A stretch of DNA of 64,000 nucleotides from Vicugna vicugna (taxonomy: Eukaryota), in NCBI GenBank assembly GCA_013265495.1, contig MU058844.1, positions 11,554,184 to 11,618,183 of the forward strand. The letters run 5' to 3'. Both the position numbers and the translations under genes were made by a program. Each line of letters opens with the position of its first letter. The first letter of the stretch is position 1. Positions 26,040 through 39,047 of the stretch are shown here, one piece after another. The notes beneath the pieces are model-generated. The model was not told the origin of the DNA, ran no database searches, and saw only the letters and a list, made by a program, of their open reading frames with translations.

Positions 26040-26200
26040 ATCTCACTTATTCATCATAATGATTCTACAAGGTCGTTATTGTAACTCCCACTTCTCAAAT
26101 GACAAAGCTGAGGGTTAGGAAGGGAGATTCCAAAGCTCTTGAGAGACCTCACTGAGATTCAAACTCAAGGCTATCAGACTCCAACATTTATATTCTTTTT
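26040..26200 (-). mobile_element. MIR SINE fragment
   Basis: ccacttctcaaatgacaaagctgagggttagg...gagattcaaactcaaggctatcagactcc. Confidence 0.6.
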
Positions 26201-26629
26201 GAATTGGCTGCCCTAAAAAAGGCCTTGTATTCTTATTTGCTGAATTCTTATGTTACATAGTGCAATGGTAAACTGTATGCCCTCAAAAGATTAAGATAAA
26301 ATGTATGTGCTCAAAAGGAGTTTATCCCCCCTTTCAGAACAGGTTTGACGGGGAAGGACAGTGTTTGCTTACATGGGTCCGAGAGGGGTATGAAATAGGA
26401 GAATGAGAGATAAGGGCGCACAGAATACAGTCTTCTAATTATACAGGCAATTAGAGGGATATGCAATTTTCTCTTTTGGTTTAATTGGACTGTTCCGTCT
26501 TTTTTTAACTGTAAAAAAATGATAAGCTGACAAAACTCGGGAAAGCAGGCTGGTTCTTTAACTTCACTGCCATACTTCACAGAACTAAAGCCCAAACTGA
26601 AGCCTTCCCTAAGGGTATATATACTGATT

Positions 26630-26800
26630 CTGCAATCATCCAAAACTTCCTAGATTATGGATCTCTTTGAAAATTAGATGAACACTGTGGACATCTGCTC
26701 CTATTATGCACATATGCCATTTCTTACAAATATTTCCACCCCATTTTAGAGACTTCCTCTGTCTCTGACACTCATCCAAGAACTCAGGTTAGGGCCACCA
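26630..26800. mobile_element. Degraded hAT MITE (MER103-like)
   Basis: tggatctctttgaaaattagatgaacactgtggac...atgcacat...ctcatccaagaactcaggttag resembles my recollection of the MER103C consensus. Confidence 0.45.
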
Positions 26801-27479
26801 AACTAATGGTAGGGAGGTAAGTTGCTGGTCATCATATGGAAAGCGTCCAGATTCTTGCCAGGCAGCATGGACCTTTTTGATATTTCTGCCTTTGTGAGCC
26901 AAATTCTCTGTTTCTTTCTTTTAAGTATTCCTTCCTCCACTCCATAAAAATCCATCAGGTTGGACTGTCCCTTGTCCCATGGACACTGTAACCTAAGGCC
27001 CTTTACTTCATAGATCCCCAGCCTCTGTTCCAGGCCTTCTCCATGAGTACCTTGGACCACAGCCACGGTCTATAAATGGGCTTACAGACCATGGATTTGT
27101 GAAAAATCTTGTCAGAGTGCAATCCTTGTCAACTGTGTAACAAATTCTTCCTATGACAGGCTAATGCCTCTCCTGTACCACTGCTTCTCTTTTGTAACAT
27201 TTGGTCTTCTTTTAATAGTTTCAGTCAGAAGTAAAATAATACACTGCCTAGCAAGAACTTGTGTGTGTGCGTGCCAGCATGAGTTAATCTAAATTACGTC
27301 TTTAAATTAAAATCTGAAAAGAAAAGGTATTATCTCATCGTTGTCCCAGTTTACTGTAGAGTAGATCCTGAGTATTATTTCTAAGGAGCTGGGCTCCTTA
27401 AACATCCTTGAGCATTGTTTAAACATCCTATCCAGCCTGCTGTCTTACTGCAGGCCCCAGTGGCAACTCGTGAACATAC

Positions 27480-27563
27480 CTTCTGTTCCGCTGTCATGGT
27501 CAGACTTTGCAGTCGGCCAGTCATATTCCCTAAACTCTTTTCAAAAGCTGCTACGAGGTGAGC
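27480..27563 (-). CDS. NAV3: NAV3 coding exon (84 nt): AHLVAAFEKSLGNMTGRLQSLTMTAEQK (coiled coil)
   Basis: Acceptor gttcacag|GCT and donor AAG|gtatgt. Lies within ORF 27381..27587(-). Confidence 0.96.
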
Positions 27564-28010
27564 CTGTGAACAAAATGGAAGGAACATGTCTTAAGTGTCA
27601 GAACCTTATGCAGATGGATGAAAACCCTTCATTTCAGAAAAAAATTCTAACTGTTTCAGTACTATGACCATCATGGTTAGTTTCCAATGATGACTTAACA
27701 CACATTTTCATCTATTATTTTTAAACTTTCCCTTAAAAAAGATCACTGCTTCAGTCTCTTGACATTTAATGTGAGTTCCACTTCTGGAAGGGAATTGTAT
27801 TTTGCAAATATTAACACCTTCTAACTTGCTCATCATGGAGGATTTGACACTCAAAAAACTGAACAAAGTTCTGCGTTGCCAAGTTTTTTGACTCAAAGCC
27901 CAAGAGGAGTCACTGCAATAGTTCAATGGATGAATGTTCCTCATTTTTATACCTGCACGGTGACCTTTGAAGATATTGTTAGCTCCTCTATGGAAAGGAA
28001 GCTCTCCTTC

Positions 28011-28029
28011 AAGTGCCATCTGCTGACAG
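28011..28029 (-). promoter_or_regulatory. CTCF-like motif CTGTCAGCAGATGGCACTT
   Basis: Matches the CTCF core except for T at the first C. Motif only. Confidence 0.5.
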
Positions 28030-29109
28030 CTATAACAGCATCTTCCCTCTTTTTCTACTTGCAAAGAATTGGAACGAAAAGAGTTGTCTTCACTTTCCAA
28101 ACTCTTTTCAATAAAAAGGCTTTTATTTCTACTCTATTCCCTTCAACTAAGGACGTGTTGGTAGGCCAGCTAGAAATAATATTCACTTATATCTTATTTA
28201 AGTCTTTGTGGCTTTGGGGTTTTATTTTCATCTCAGAGAATTATACATATTGCTGTACATCACCCTAACTCTAATGATTAAGAAGTATTTGACAATCTTA
28301 TTATGGCTCTAAAACAGGCCAGTTACTATTGATACACCATTATGCAACAGCTTGATCCGCAGAGTATTAAGCATGAAAAAATGCTTCGATCTCGCACTGT
28401 GGCTTGAGATAGAACTCCAGGTGTATAATCTCAACGTGATCTAATATTACTGCACACTTAAAAGGATATAAGTATAGAATATTCTACAACCTATATCTAT
28501 AATAAACTATGTGTGGGAGGGAAATCTGGCAATCCTTGGCAAAAGATGAATTTTTTGAGGGAAGGAAGGGAGTAAGAGGACTCGCTATTCATCGCTTTGT
28601 GACTCTAGCGGAGCTGAAAAGCTGAGGCACCTATTATCAAATGGATCACAGGAGTCCTAAGAGTTGGGGCACTGGAAGTTTATTCCATTATTGGCAACAG
28701 CTAGAATGTACAAGTCCCTTCCATTAGCATCATGATACAAAGGCGTCTTTGTTCCTAGCTCTGAGCTGATCCCGGGATGCCTTTCTCCCCCTGACGCTGC
28801 AATACAGAGAAAGACGTTTTGTGGAGAATGCTATTCATCGTCAGTCCATCAGTACAACTCTATTCTTTCCCCAATCCCTCCTCTGTCCTTCCCTCTTCCC
28901 CTCTCATAAACACTCACATACAAACAATCTTGAGAACTATTCTCAAAGGTTTGTTAGCAGATTTAATTGGACAAATAACACTCTTAAAAAAAATAACAGT
29001 ATCATATAGTTGAAAATGTTTTCAGTGACAAGGAATGTCACTACATCAGACTTAGTACCTTCAGAAATGAGCATAAGGTTAGGTGCCAATCTGTCTTATA
29101 TTAACCTTC

Positions 29110-29570
29110 CCACTGTTAAAAGTGAACGAAATGAAAATGCACAGCTCACTGGTTTCTCATCGTGAACATTCATGCACTACCCCCGCCAAGTCAAGAAATA
29201 GGACATTTCTAGACCCTGGAAGTCCTCCCCTGCCCCTTCCTCACTACTGTCGCCTCTCCCTTCCCTGAAGAGAACCACTGCGGTGACCTGGGGGGTAGCT
29301 ATTTTCTTGCTTCTCTTTATAGTTGGGTCACTTAAGCTTTCATTTCTAGACACTGTGTTTTAGCTTGGCCTGTTTTTAAAACTATCCAAGTGGAATCGCA
29401 TCGCATGATTTTTTGTGTCGTTTTGCTTAACAGTGTGTTTTGAGATTCACTCATGGGGTGTGTAGCAGGGGTTAGATTTTGCTGTAAAGCACTGCTCTAC
29501 ATGATTTATAATCGATTTGCCCATTTGTAACTGATTCCAGTTTAGACTATTAAACATAATCCTGCTATGA
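29110..29570 (-). mobile_element. Old L1 (L1ME-like) 3' fragment
   Basis: Antisense L1M 3' UTR-like text: caagtcaagaaataggacattt, gaagtcctcccctgcccctt, tgtgttttgagattcac. Confidence 0.6.
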
Positions 29571-31737
29571 CTTTACAAAGCTAAAATTGCTTGTTTTCTT
29601 TTAAAATAGAAAAACTTTGCTAATATTCACTGAAAAAAAATGAGAGTCTACACAATGTGGCAAAGTTTTAATTCTCCCAAATAACTATAAAGCTAATTTG
29701 TTGGATAATGAGTCCTTGAAGGTATAAACTTAGAGGCAATTACTTCATTTTACCATCTGTACATATTTTATCAGTTTAATAGGAGTTGAAATATGACAAA
29801 GAAAGCAGAACTGTGAAGAAAATGTTGTAGCTATTGAGTAAATACAAACTATTCACCATTAGAATGTCAGTTTCCAATCTTTGGAAAATTGCTCTTTATT
29901 AATTATTCACAAGAACATGTAACTGATTACAAAAGAGAACATTTAAATTTGAGTCACATTGTTCTCAATGGAAAGTTATGTTAGTGAAATGCTGCTTTAA
30001 GTCTACGTCCCCTTGGCTTAGTTTAATCATACTAGCTTTGTTACTCTGAAGGTAAGAAACAATTAAATTTCTCACCAACTGGACTAATGGAAAAGGAGTA
30101 CAAGAAGCAAATAAAGGAAGGCATTTCTATCAGTGAAAATCTCTGTCACCTCACTGGAGAGAAAATGGAATGTAAAACCAAGTAAAACTATAGGAAAATA
30201 TATCTTGTTTGAAAAACCTTATAAAATGATGACTTTTTGAAAAATCATGGGTTTTTCACAGGGATTGTTAATCATAGTTTAACTTGGTTCTGACTTTTTT
30301 CTTAGCAGTTGCATAATTTTCAAGCCAGAAATTGTATCAGCAGGTTGATGAATATTCCCTCCTTGTGCTGGGTGAAGTCTGCAAAGGTAATGAAATAGAC
30401 AAGACAGGATACTAATTAAAGGAACGTATTTGTAATACATAATGTCTTTAGTTTTAGAATCACATAACATAATCTGCAAGGACATGTAAAGAAAATTATT
30501 GTGGTACTAAACAATATGATGGAATATCATTATGAAAAATGCCTGCATTCCATTGGTTCATTCAGAAGTCAGTGACAGTCCGTCAATCAAATAACAAAAC
30601 CTCGATATAGAGATTTAGATGGGGACATAGCTAGTTAGATAGATAAAGAGATGACTTTACATTTGAAAATTAACAGATGAAATGAAAATGACTCTGAAAC
30701 GATCATAAATAAGATTTCATATTTTACTGTATACAATTGCCTCTTCAATGTTTTCATTGTTAATTATGTGCAAAATTGTTTTTTTCTTAAAGGAGATACA
30801 GAAAAACAAGAGTAAACTTCCAGGTTATATAAAAATATTAAATACAGCAAAGGAGTAGGACACAATCCCAAGCAAATGACACTTGAGAGATTTTTGGTTA
30901 AAAGACTTATGTGCTTAAAGGCAACCCCCCCAAACCCCCCCAAAAAACAAAACATAACAAAAAACCAGAAACTTTTGTTTCATTACAAATTCATTCAGTG
31001 ATGTCTCTGAAATTTGAAAACTGGTAGTAATAACTAGCCTTAGTGCCCATTTCTGGATTATCTGATGGCTGAGACTCATAAGGAAATATATTAAGACACA
31101 AACAAATGCATCCCCCTGGCCTGGCTGCATGCAGCTGTGGGCAAGAGGCCAGAGGGCACCTGGCTGGCTGTCTTATGTGACTGTACATCCACTGTTGCCT
31201 TGGCTGATGGGGCTCCTGTTTTCTTCCTGTCGGTGGGGTATAGACTCGAAGTCCAGGCAATAGCCCTTGCCAACATGCCCTCTCTCCTTTCTACACACAT
31301 CCTAGTGGAAACAGCTCTACAAAGAGGCTTCCCAGGGCTTTCCACCGATCTGCTCAGACAACTTCACAAGCAGCAGGGAAGGCCCAGTGCCCATTCTACT
31401 GAATGGAGGTTATGCTCTGCCAGTCAGATGAAAGGTGAGCTGACTGAATACCTTCCTGACTTACCAATGCCCCTTTTAACAAAGGGGAAAAAAAGCATTT
31501 TAGTAGAGAGGCAGATGTTTCAAATTTAAATATTAAAATGCAGATTATTATTGTGTGGGCTCCATATAAATATAATCATGACAGGTCCAAACACAAGACA
31601 CATCAATTAAAAAAAAAATCCCCAAACAAGGAAAACCATTTAAGTCCTAATAGAATTATTAATATACTGAGTAAAAATGAATAGCTGGATCTTAATATGA
31701 TTACTAAATAAAAATAATAAGTTAATATTTTCTCTAA

Positions 31738-34048
31738 AACCAAACCAAATCAATAAAGTCAAAAATGAAAAAGAAGTTACAACTAGCATGACAGAAATAC
31801 AAATGATCATAAGAGACTGCTATGAACAACTATACCAATAAAATAGACAACTTAGAAGAAATGGACAAATTCTTAGAAACGTACCATCTCACAAGACTGA
31901 ACCAGAACGAAACAGAAGATGTGAACAGACCAACTACCGATAATGAAATTAGATCAGTAATTTAAAAACTCCCAACAAACAGAAGTTCAGGACCAGATGG
32001 CTTTACAGGTGAATTCTATCAAACATTCAAAGAGTTAATACTATCCTCCTCAAACTATTCCAAAAACTGCAGAGGAAGGAAGATTTCCAAACTCATTCTA
32101 TGAGGCCAGCATCACTCTGATACAAAAATCAGACAAAGATACCACAAAAAAAGAGAAAACTATAGGTCAATATCACTCATGAACATAATGTAAAAATCTT
32201 CAACAAAATACTAGCAAACTAACTCCAACAATACATTAAAAGCATCAGATATACACCACGATCAAGTGGGATTTATCCCAAGGATGCAAGGATTTTTCAA
32301 TATCTGCAAATCAATCAATGTGATACACCGCATTTACAAATTAAAGAATAAAAGCCATATGATCATCTCAATAGATGTAGAAAAAGCTTTTGATAAAGTT
32401 AATATCCATTTATGATAAAAATGCTCCAGGAAGTGGGCATAGCAGGAACATACCTGAACATAATAAAGGCCATATATGACAAACCCATAGCTAACATCAT
32501 ACTCAATGGTGAAAAGCATTTCCAGTAACATCAGGAATAAGACAAGGATGTCCACTCTTGCTAATTTTATTCAACATAGACTTGGAAGTCCTAGCCATAG
32601 CAATGAGAGAATAAAAAGAAATAAAAGGAATCCAGATTGGAAAGGAAGAAGTAAAAATGCCACTGTTTGCAGATGACATTATAGCATACATAGAAAACTC
32701 TAAAGACGCCACCAGAAAATTATTAGAGCTCATCGTGAATTTGGTAAAGCTGCAGGATACAAAATTGAGACATAGAAATTTGTTGCCTTTCTATACAGTA
32801 AAAATGAACTATCAGAAAGAGAAAATGAAACAATCCCATTTACCATTGCATTGAAAAGAATAAAATACTTAGGAACAAACCTACCTAAGGAGGTTAAAGA
32901 CTTGTACTTGGAAAATTATAGGACACTGATGGAAGAAATTGAAGAAGACACAAACAGATGGAAAGATATAGCATGTTCTTGGGTTGGAAGAATTAATGTT
33001 GTTAAAATGACCATGTTACTCAAGGCAGTCTACAGATTCAGTGCAATCCCTATCAAATTACCATTGACAATTTTTTGCAGAAATAGAACAAATAATTTTA
33101 AAATTTATATGGAAAGACAAAGACCCTGAATAAATAAAAGACTGATAAGGGGTTAATATCCAACATACATAATCAGGCCTTACAGCTCAACATAAAAAAA
33201 AAAACCCAAGTAAAAAATAGGCAGAAGAACTGAATAGATATTTTTCCAAAGAGGAAATGCAGATGGCCAACAGGCACATAAAAAGATGCTCATCATCTCT
33301 AAACATCAGGGAAATGCAAATCAAAACCACGGTGAGATATCATCTCACATCTATCAGAAATGCTATCATCAAAAAGAACACACATAACAAATGCTGGAGA
33401 CGATGTGGAGAAAAGGGAACCCTTGTACACTGTTTGTGGGGATGTAAATTGGTGCAGCCACTGTGGAAGACAGAACGGAAGTTCCTCAGAAAATGAAAAA
33501 TAGAACTACCACATGACCCACAATTCCACTCCTGGGCACATATCTGAAAAAAAACCACTAATTTGAAAAGATACATGCACCCCAATGTTCATAGCATCCA
33601 TTATTTACAATTGCCAAGGTATGGAAGCAACCTAAGTGTTTATCAACAGATGAATGGATAATGAAGATGTGCATGTATACAGTGGAAGTCTACTCAGCCA
33701 TTAAAAATGAAATTTTGCTGTAGCAACATAGATGGACTTGGAGGGCATTATGCTAAGTGAAATAAGCCAGAGAAAGACAAACACAGTGTGATATCATTTA
33801 TATGTGAAATCTAAAATATACAACAAACTAGTGAATAAAACAAAAAAGAAGCAGACTAATAGATACAGAACACAAATTATTGGTTACCAGTGGGGAGGGG
33901 AGAGAAGAAGGGAAGGGGTAATATAGGGGTAGGGGATTAAAAAAGTGGCTATTACGGGATTATAAAAAAAGTGTGAAATTTTTGAAAATTGTAAAGTACT
34001 ACAGAATTTAAGCTCTCTCATTCAATTAAAAATATAAATAAAAATTTT
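31738..34048 (+). mobile_element. 5'-truncated LINE-1: degenerate ORF2 (RT and C-terminal part) plus 3' UTR, antisense to NAV3
   Basis: Broken-frame L1 ORF2 peptides including QGCPL, LFADD, IKYLGTNL, RWKDIACSWVGRINVVKM and [14 protein letters not shown], then a G-rich 3' UTR and A-rich tail. Internal deletion near 33130. Confidence 0.95.
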
Positions 34049-34704
34049 AAATGAATATCTGTATCTTAAAACGATCACTAAATAAAAAATAATAACACAA
34101 TAATATATAGAACCAAACATTGTAATTCATTTTTATAAATCATGGCTATTACACTTCTGTACAACAATGGGCATTGTAGTGATCCCATTTCATCAAAAAG
34201 TATAAAGTTTACTTGAGGTCTAAGTAAAAAAATAAATAAAAGACTTATCTCTACTTCTGAATAGGAAATGTATAAGATTTTTTTAAAAATTTGACTTATA
34301 TTGAAGAAATTCTGTACAAAATTTTTTCAGTTTTATGATTAATTTAATTTCTATACTGTGTATTAAAATATATGCATATATTACATACATCAACAGATAT
34401 TAACTCCAGGACAAAGAAGTAAAACATACTCTGAATGAAATTTAAATGCAATATTTCTCAGAACTGAGGAAAAAACAAGTGTTTCCTCAAGTAAATCCTT
34501 TGATGACTGATTATGGTGCATTGAATCTAAGGTGACATTTTAAAATAAATGCTGAAGAGACTGAGTTCAAGACGGTTTGTACCTTACTGCGTAATTCAAA
34601 TTTCTAAATGTGTAAAGGAGATTTTATTCTTATAAGTACAAACGGACATACATATACAAGACTCCGTCCCTAGTAATTATAGTGATACTGTTAAATAAGT
34701 GAAA

Positions 34705-35140
34705 TAATTACCAATTCACAAAGAGGGAACAGAGAGGACCCTTGGACCCCTTTACCCAGTGTGCCGCAATTTACGTCTCACATAATGATAGCATAATATG
34801 AAACCGGGAACTCAATATCGGTACCTATATGTCGATTCAGACATGGAAACAACCACCTTTCATCACCACAAAGCTCTCCCTATTGCTACCCTTTTACAGC
34901 TACACCCACCTCTCAGGGAGAGAGGTGTCCACCAGCCCTAACCTCTGGCAACCGCTAACCTACTCTTCACTTCCCTAATGTCATCATTCTAGAATGTTGT
35001 ATGAATGAAATTATTGTAGTGTGTAACCTTTTGAAACTGGCCTTTTTTCAGTCTGCTTAAAGCACTTAAAATCCATCCAAGTTTTGTGTATTAATAGTTA
35101 TTTATTTTTACTGCTGAGTAGTACTCGTCCATGGTATGGA
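34705..35140 (-). mobile_element. Old L1 (L1MC-like) 3' fragment
   Basis: Antisense L1MC-like text: cctttacccag, catcaccacaaagctctccctattgctacccttttacagc, taacctctggcaaccgctaa, ttttactgctgagtagta. Confidence 0.7.
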
Positions 35141-36634
35141 AACAGATTAAACATTACTGTGTAAACACCCAAATTCCATTATGTATAACAGCCATTTGTT
35201 AATCCAATAACTGAATATATATATATAACCGTGCAAGAGACGTTTCCAAAAATAAAAACAAAGCTCTGAGTAATTGTTCCAAGACATTTGTATCTTTACA
35301 ATCCAGTGCACAGGGTCTGTCACTGAGCCTCCCTCATTGCAGGTAAACACAATCCAGTCTGTCTGGCTCTTACACTGTAATACATCCTCTGGGGACAAAG
35401 TCAGGAACTTAGACAGGAGTGTTTTACGCTGCTATACATCTAGCCTATAGTATAAAATTTACAGTTGCTTCAAAGTATTTAGGTGTTATTCTAAGATGCA
35501 AAATACAGGTTAAATAATACTGTTCTCTTCCAGTATTGCCTCAACAATGCTCTAAAATGTGCTATTATTTTGAGAATCCACTTATAACCTCTATTAATAA
35601 AAAAATATACCCAAGCCAAAGTGAATTTGACTCTCCCGAAGTTGAAGAGGTAAAAGAAATTCAGAGACAGCACTAAGATGAACCCATTGTGAGTGAAATA
35701 ATTTACTTATATACTGCGGGAATTAGAGTACACAATACTTTTTATTCTTAAAGTCTCTCGCCCAGGGGGCCCCACCTGCTCAGTCTGGCTACGCCAAGCT
35801 TTTTGGAGGAGATAGAAAAACATCATGGAGCATGGAGAGTGGTGAGGCAGGGAACCGGCCCAAAGCTAGTGAAGGGAGTGATTCATGTCGAGTGAAGATG
35901 GTAGGACATATGGCAAAGTGGCGGGAGCTCCCTCACCCGCCACTCTGCTCCTACCACGACTGGTCCTCAGGACCAGACAAAATGCCACCTGCGCCCCTTT
36001 ATTTCTGCATCGACTCCCAGCACTCCCTGGCTCACTGAGAGATCTTCAATAAGTGTTCATATAATTGATGTTCTCCATCATCATTTCGGCCATCGTCAGC
36101 TGCTTGAATTGCTAGGAGAAGGCTGCCAAGGTTTTGGAGAGAACTATAGCTCATTTATCATATAACTAAGATACCCCAATTTAGACTAATTTAATTTTTT
36201 AGAATTAATTGGATGCTTAACTAATTGCCCAATAAATTGTGCTGAAGGAGGCAGGGCACATGAATTTTTCACCTTCCAAAGTTAATCACTACCAACCCCT
36301 CACTGTCTCGTGGCTTAAGACTGTCTTCTAAATAGAGAGTGAAACAAGTCAGAAATAAGAAAAGAAATAACTCTTGAAGCTGTTATTAACATTTCCGACT
36401 CTACAAGAGATAAAAAGCCATATTAACCACATCGTGATGGCGCATCAACTTGGGTTTACACTTTATTACCCAGGGAGCAAGAAGGTTTACCCTTAAGAAT
36501 CAAGTCCCGTGATTGAGTGACTTAAGTCTGTATCATTTTGGACAGTTAAAGTTTATAAGTGTTTTACTAGAATTATCCCACAAATTACATAAACGTCTGT
36601 TTTAATAGATTAAAAAAAATCAAAAGTGACTTAC

Positions 36635-36712
36635 ATTTGCTGAAAGTTGAGATGTGAGGGTAGCAACTTTTTCTTGTGATGCAACAAGCTCTCTCCGTAG
36701 TTTATGGATTTG
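36635..36712 (-). CDS. NAV3: NAV3 coding exon (78 nt): QIHKLRRELVASQEKVATLTSQLSAN (coiled coil)
   Basis: Acceptor acactcag|CAA and donor AAT|gtaagt. Phase 0 to 0. Confidence 0.95.
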
Positions 36713-38938
36713 CTGAGTGTAATTTAAAAAAAAATTCAATATGCTAGGAGATTTTTACTTAAAACCAACAATTCAATCCAAGAAAGCAAATACTATAGTT
36801 AGCTCGTTCTACTCCCGTGGTATTAGCACTGACTCCTAAAAATTGAATGTGAATAATGGCCGCCCAGTAACAATTACGTGTCACTTGGAAGAAGAGGGGT
36901 AAGTGTCTATGCTCAAAACTGAGACTCAGATCTGCAAGTTAAAGGATGCTCACTTGTTCAATCTGCCATCTCTGCCTGACTCAAGAACCGGTTAACTTTC
37001 TCTCTGCCCCTTGCATCTCTAGAAATTTGTGGTAATAAAACTCAGGTGGTATAATCTTTTCTTTTTTAAAATTAAATATACATATACATATTTGTAGCCC
37101 ATGTTATTTTTCTCTCAGTTTTTGTATATTTATTTTTATTCTCTTTAATTTGGCAACTTCTCAGAAGCTGAAGAGTATCCTGCAGTCACTGAAAATTGGC
37201 TTTCATCCAAAATTTAATGATTCTATAAAAAATAATTTTATTGGCTGGAGAAGAGGAAGCCTTCCCAAATCTTTATTAAACTGTCCTTTTTCAGTGAGTT
37301 ACTATGAGCTCCAGACAGAAATGCTTCATAGATTTAAAAAAAAAGGGGGGGGGATCAATAATACTGTGCAAATAATTACACACCCCAGCAAGATAAGTAT
37401 ACTATTAATATACCATTTTTTTTCCTTTTTGGTTAAGTTCACACTCGAAGTGACCCAGCAAAAGGTGAGAATATATCATATCGTGTATTTAAAATTTTAA
37501 TTTAAGCACTTTCTATAATTTAATATACATGTCTTATGTTCCCATGAAATACTAACAGTGATTAATAAGACAAGTTACTGAGATGCAGACATTTTACTTT
37601 GATGATTCTCATTTCATAAAAAACAAGTCTGCTATTGTTGTAGTTTGACTTTTGAAATACTGTCTTAGTTGGAAAGAGCATTCTTGACATAATCCATAAA
37701 CTGTATTTTTTTTTCTCCACATTAGATTTTTGTGGAGAAGAAATGGTGGCCAATATTGAGAGACTCTAAGAAAGAAGTGAACTTTAAGCTGGAAGTAGCA
37801 ACAGGGTATATGTTTACAATTTCAACAAGTGTGATTTCATTTCACCCAGCCCCAAAGAGTATCTGGGTTATATTCAAATGCAGATGACCACGAATATTTC
37901 CAGAAAGCAGGATATCTATTTTGTTCTTAAACCAATGCAAATTCAAAGAGCCTTTCTCAGATTAATAGTCTCTATTCCATGATCCTATTTCTTTTAAAAT
38001 ATAATCCAGAGAATCTTAAAGTAACATAAATTGTTTTTTAAAAAACCAAGACCCATTATGGGGCGCAAATAATGATAGGGGGTTGTGTAACTACTAATAC
38101 AGCAAACAGATGTAGCATTGCTATACTGCAGTGGCTACATATATTATACCCAACGTTAGATGTTTTTCCATGTCCACGGATGGAAACATCTTAGGTCTTT
38201 CAAAATCATATTCACTCTTTAGTCTAGCAATTATACAGATAAAATTGATATGACCTATACCTTTTCAACATATTTTTAAACACAATACACATTTTACTTT
38301 AAAAGGTTGATAGAAGAAAATTTCAAAGGGAAGAATTCCTTTGCAGAGGCTGTTGCCAATGCATGCATTTTCTTTGCTCAGTGTAAAACCAATCAAACAG
38401 TCATTAGCACACCTTGACTAAAGGCCTAATTATAGCCCTCCTGCTCTCCTTGGCCAGGACAAATTTATACAAAGGGAAAAGAATGATCTCTCCAGGTTGC
38501 AATCTAATTTGTATGTGATTGCGATGAAGTGTGTCTTTGCAAAATGTGTATCATTAGAACAACACACCACTCCAGACATCAAGGGGTTAGAAGCAGCAAA
38601 GTCCTGGCACCACATAATAGATAGGCTGAGATGCTGGGAGTTTGTGTTGTGAAGGTCTAGTGCCTAAAATTCAACAGTTTTGTTAATCCTATGCACTTAG
38701 TCTCTTGGGTTTGAGGGGTGGGGGGGTAGAGACTATAACAAAATATACCAGTCATTCATTCATCAGAGATTTGGAAGTGTTCACTACTAAAGACAATTTA
38801 TTAGCTGTGGAGGTACCATTCCAGTCTAGAACGCGAGAAGAGAGTTTGCTTCTAAAAACCTTCCTTCCATTTTCTTTTAGGAGGGAGTATCCAAGACCGT
38901 TTATCAACTAGCTGCTGGAGAGTGATGCTGTTGTATCA

Positions 38939-38957
38939 CAGAGCCCTCTAGTGGCAG
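38939..38957 (-). promoter_or_regulatory. CTCF-like motif CTGCCACTAGAGGGCTCTG
   Basis: CCACTAGAGGGC core, about 70 nt downstream of the 24-nt microexon donor. Motif only. Confidence 0.6.
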
Positions 38958-39023
38958 AAGACACTCATTTCATCATAAATGTAAATAAAATAGTCAAATG
39001 TAAAAACGTTACAAGGTTTTTAC

Positions 39024-39047
39024 CTCTGAATGAGCCTTTTCTTCAGC
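39024..39047 (-). CDS. NAV3: NAV3 24-nt microexon: AEEKAHSE
   Basis: U-rich acceptor tttttttattttacag|GCT and donor GAG|gtaaaa. Fills the gap between LYST and QIHKLRREL in the NAV3 protein as I recall it. Confidence 0.93.

Noticed and set aside
32334..33585. ORFs with reverse-transcriptase-like peptides
   Set aside because: They are frameshifted, 5'-truncated, internally deleted L1 ORF2 remnants, not a functional RT system.
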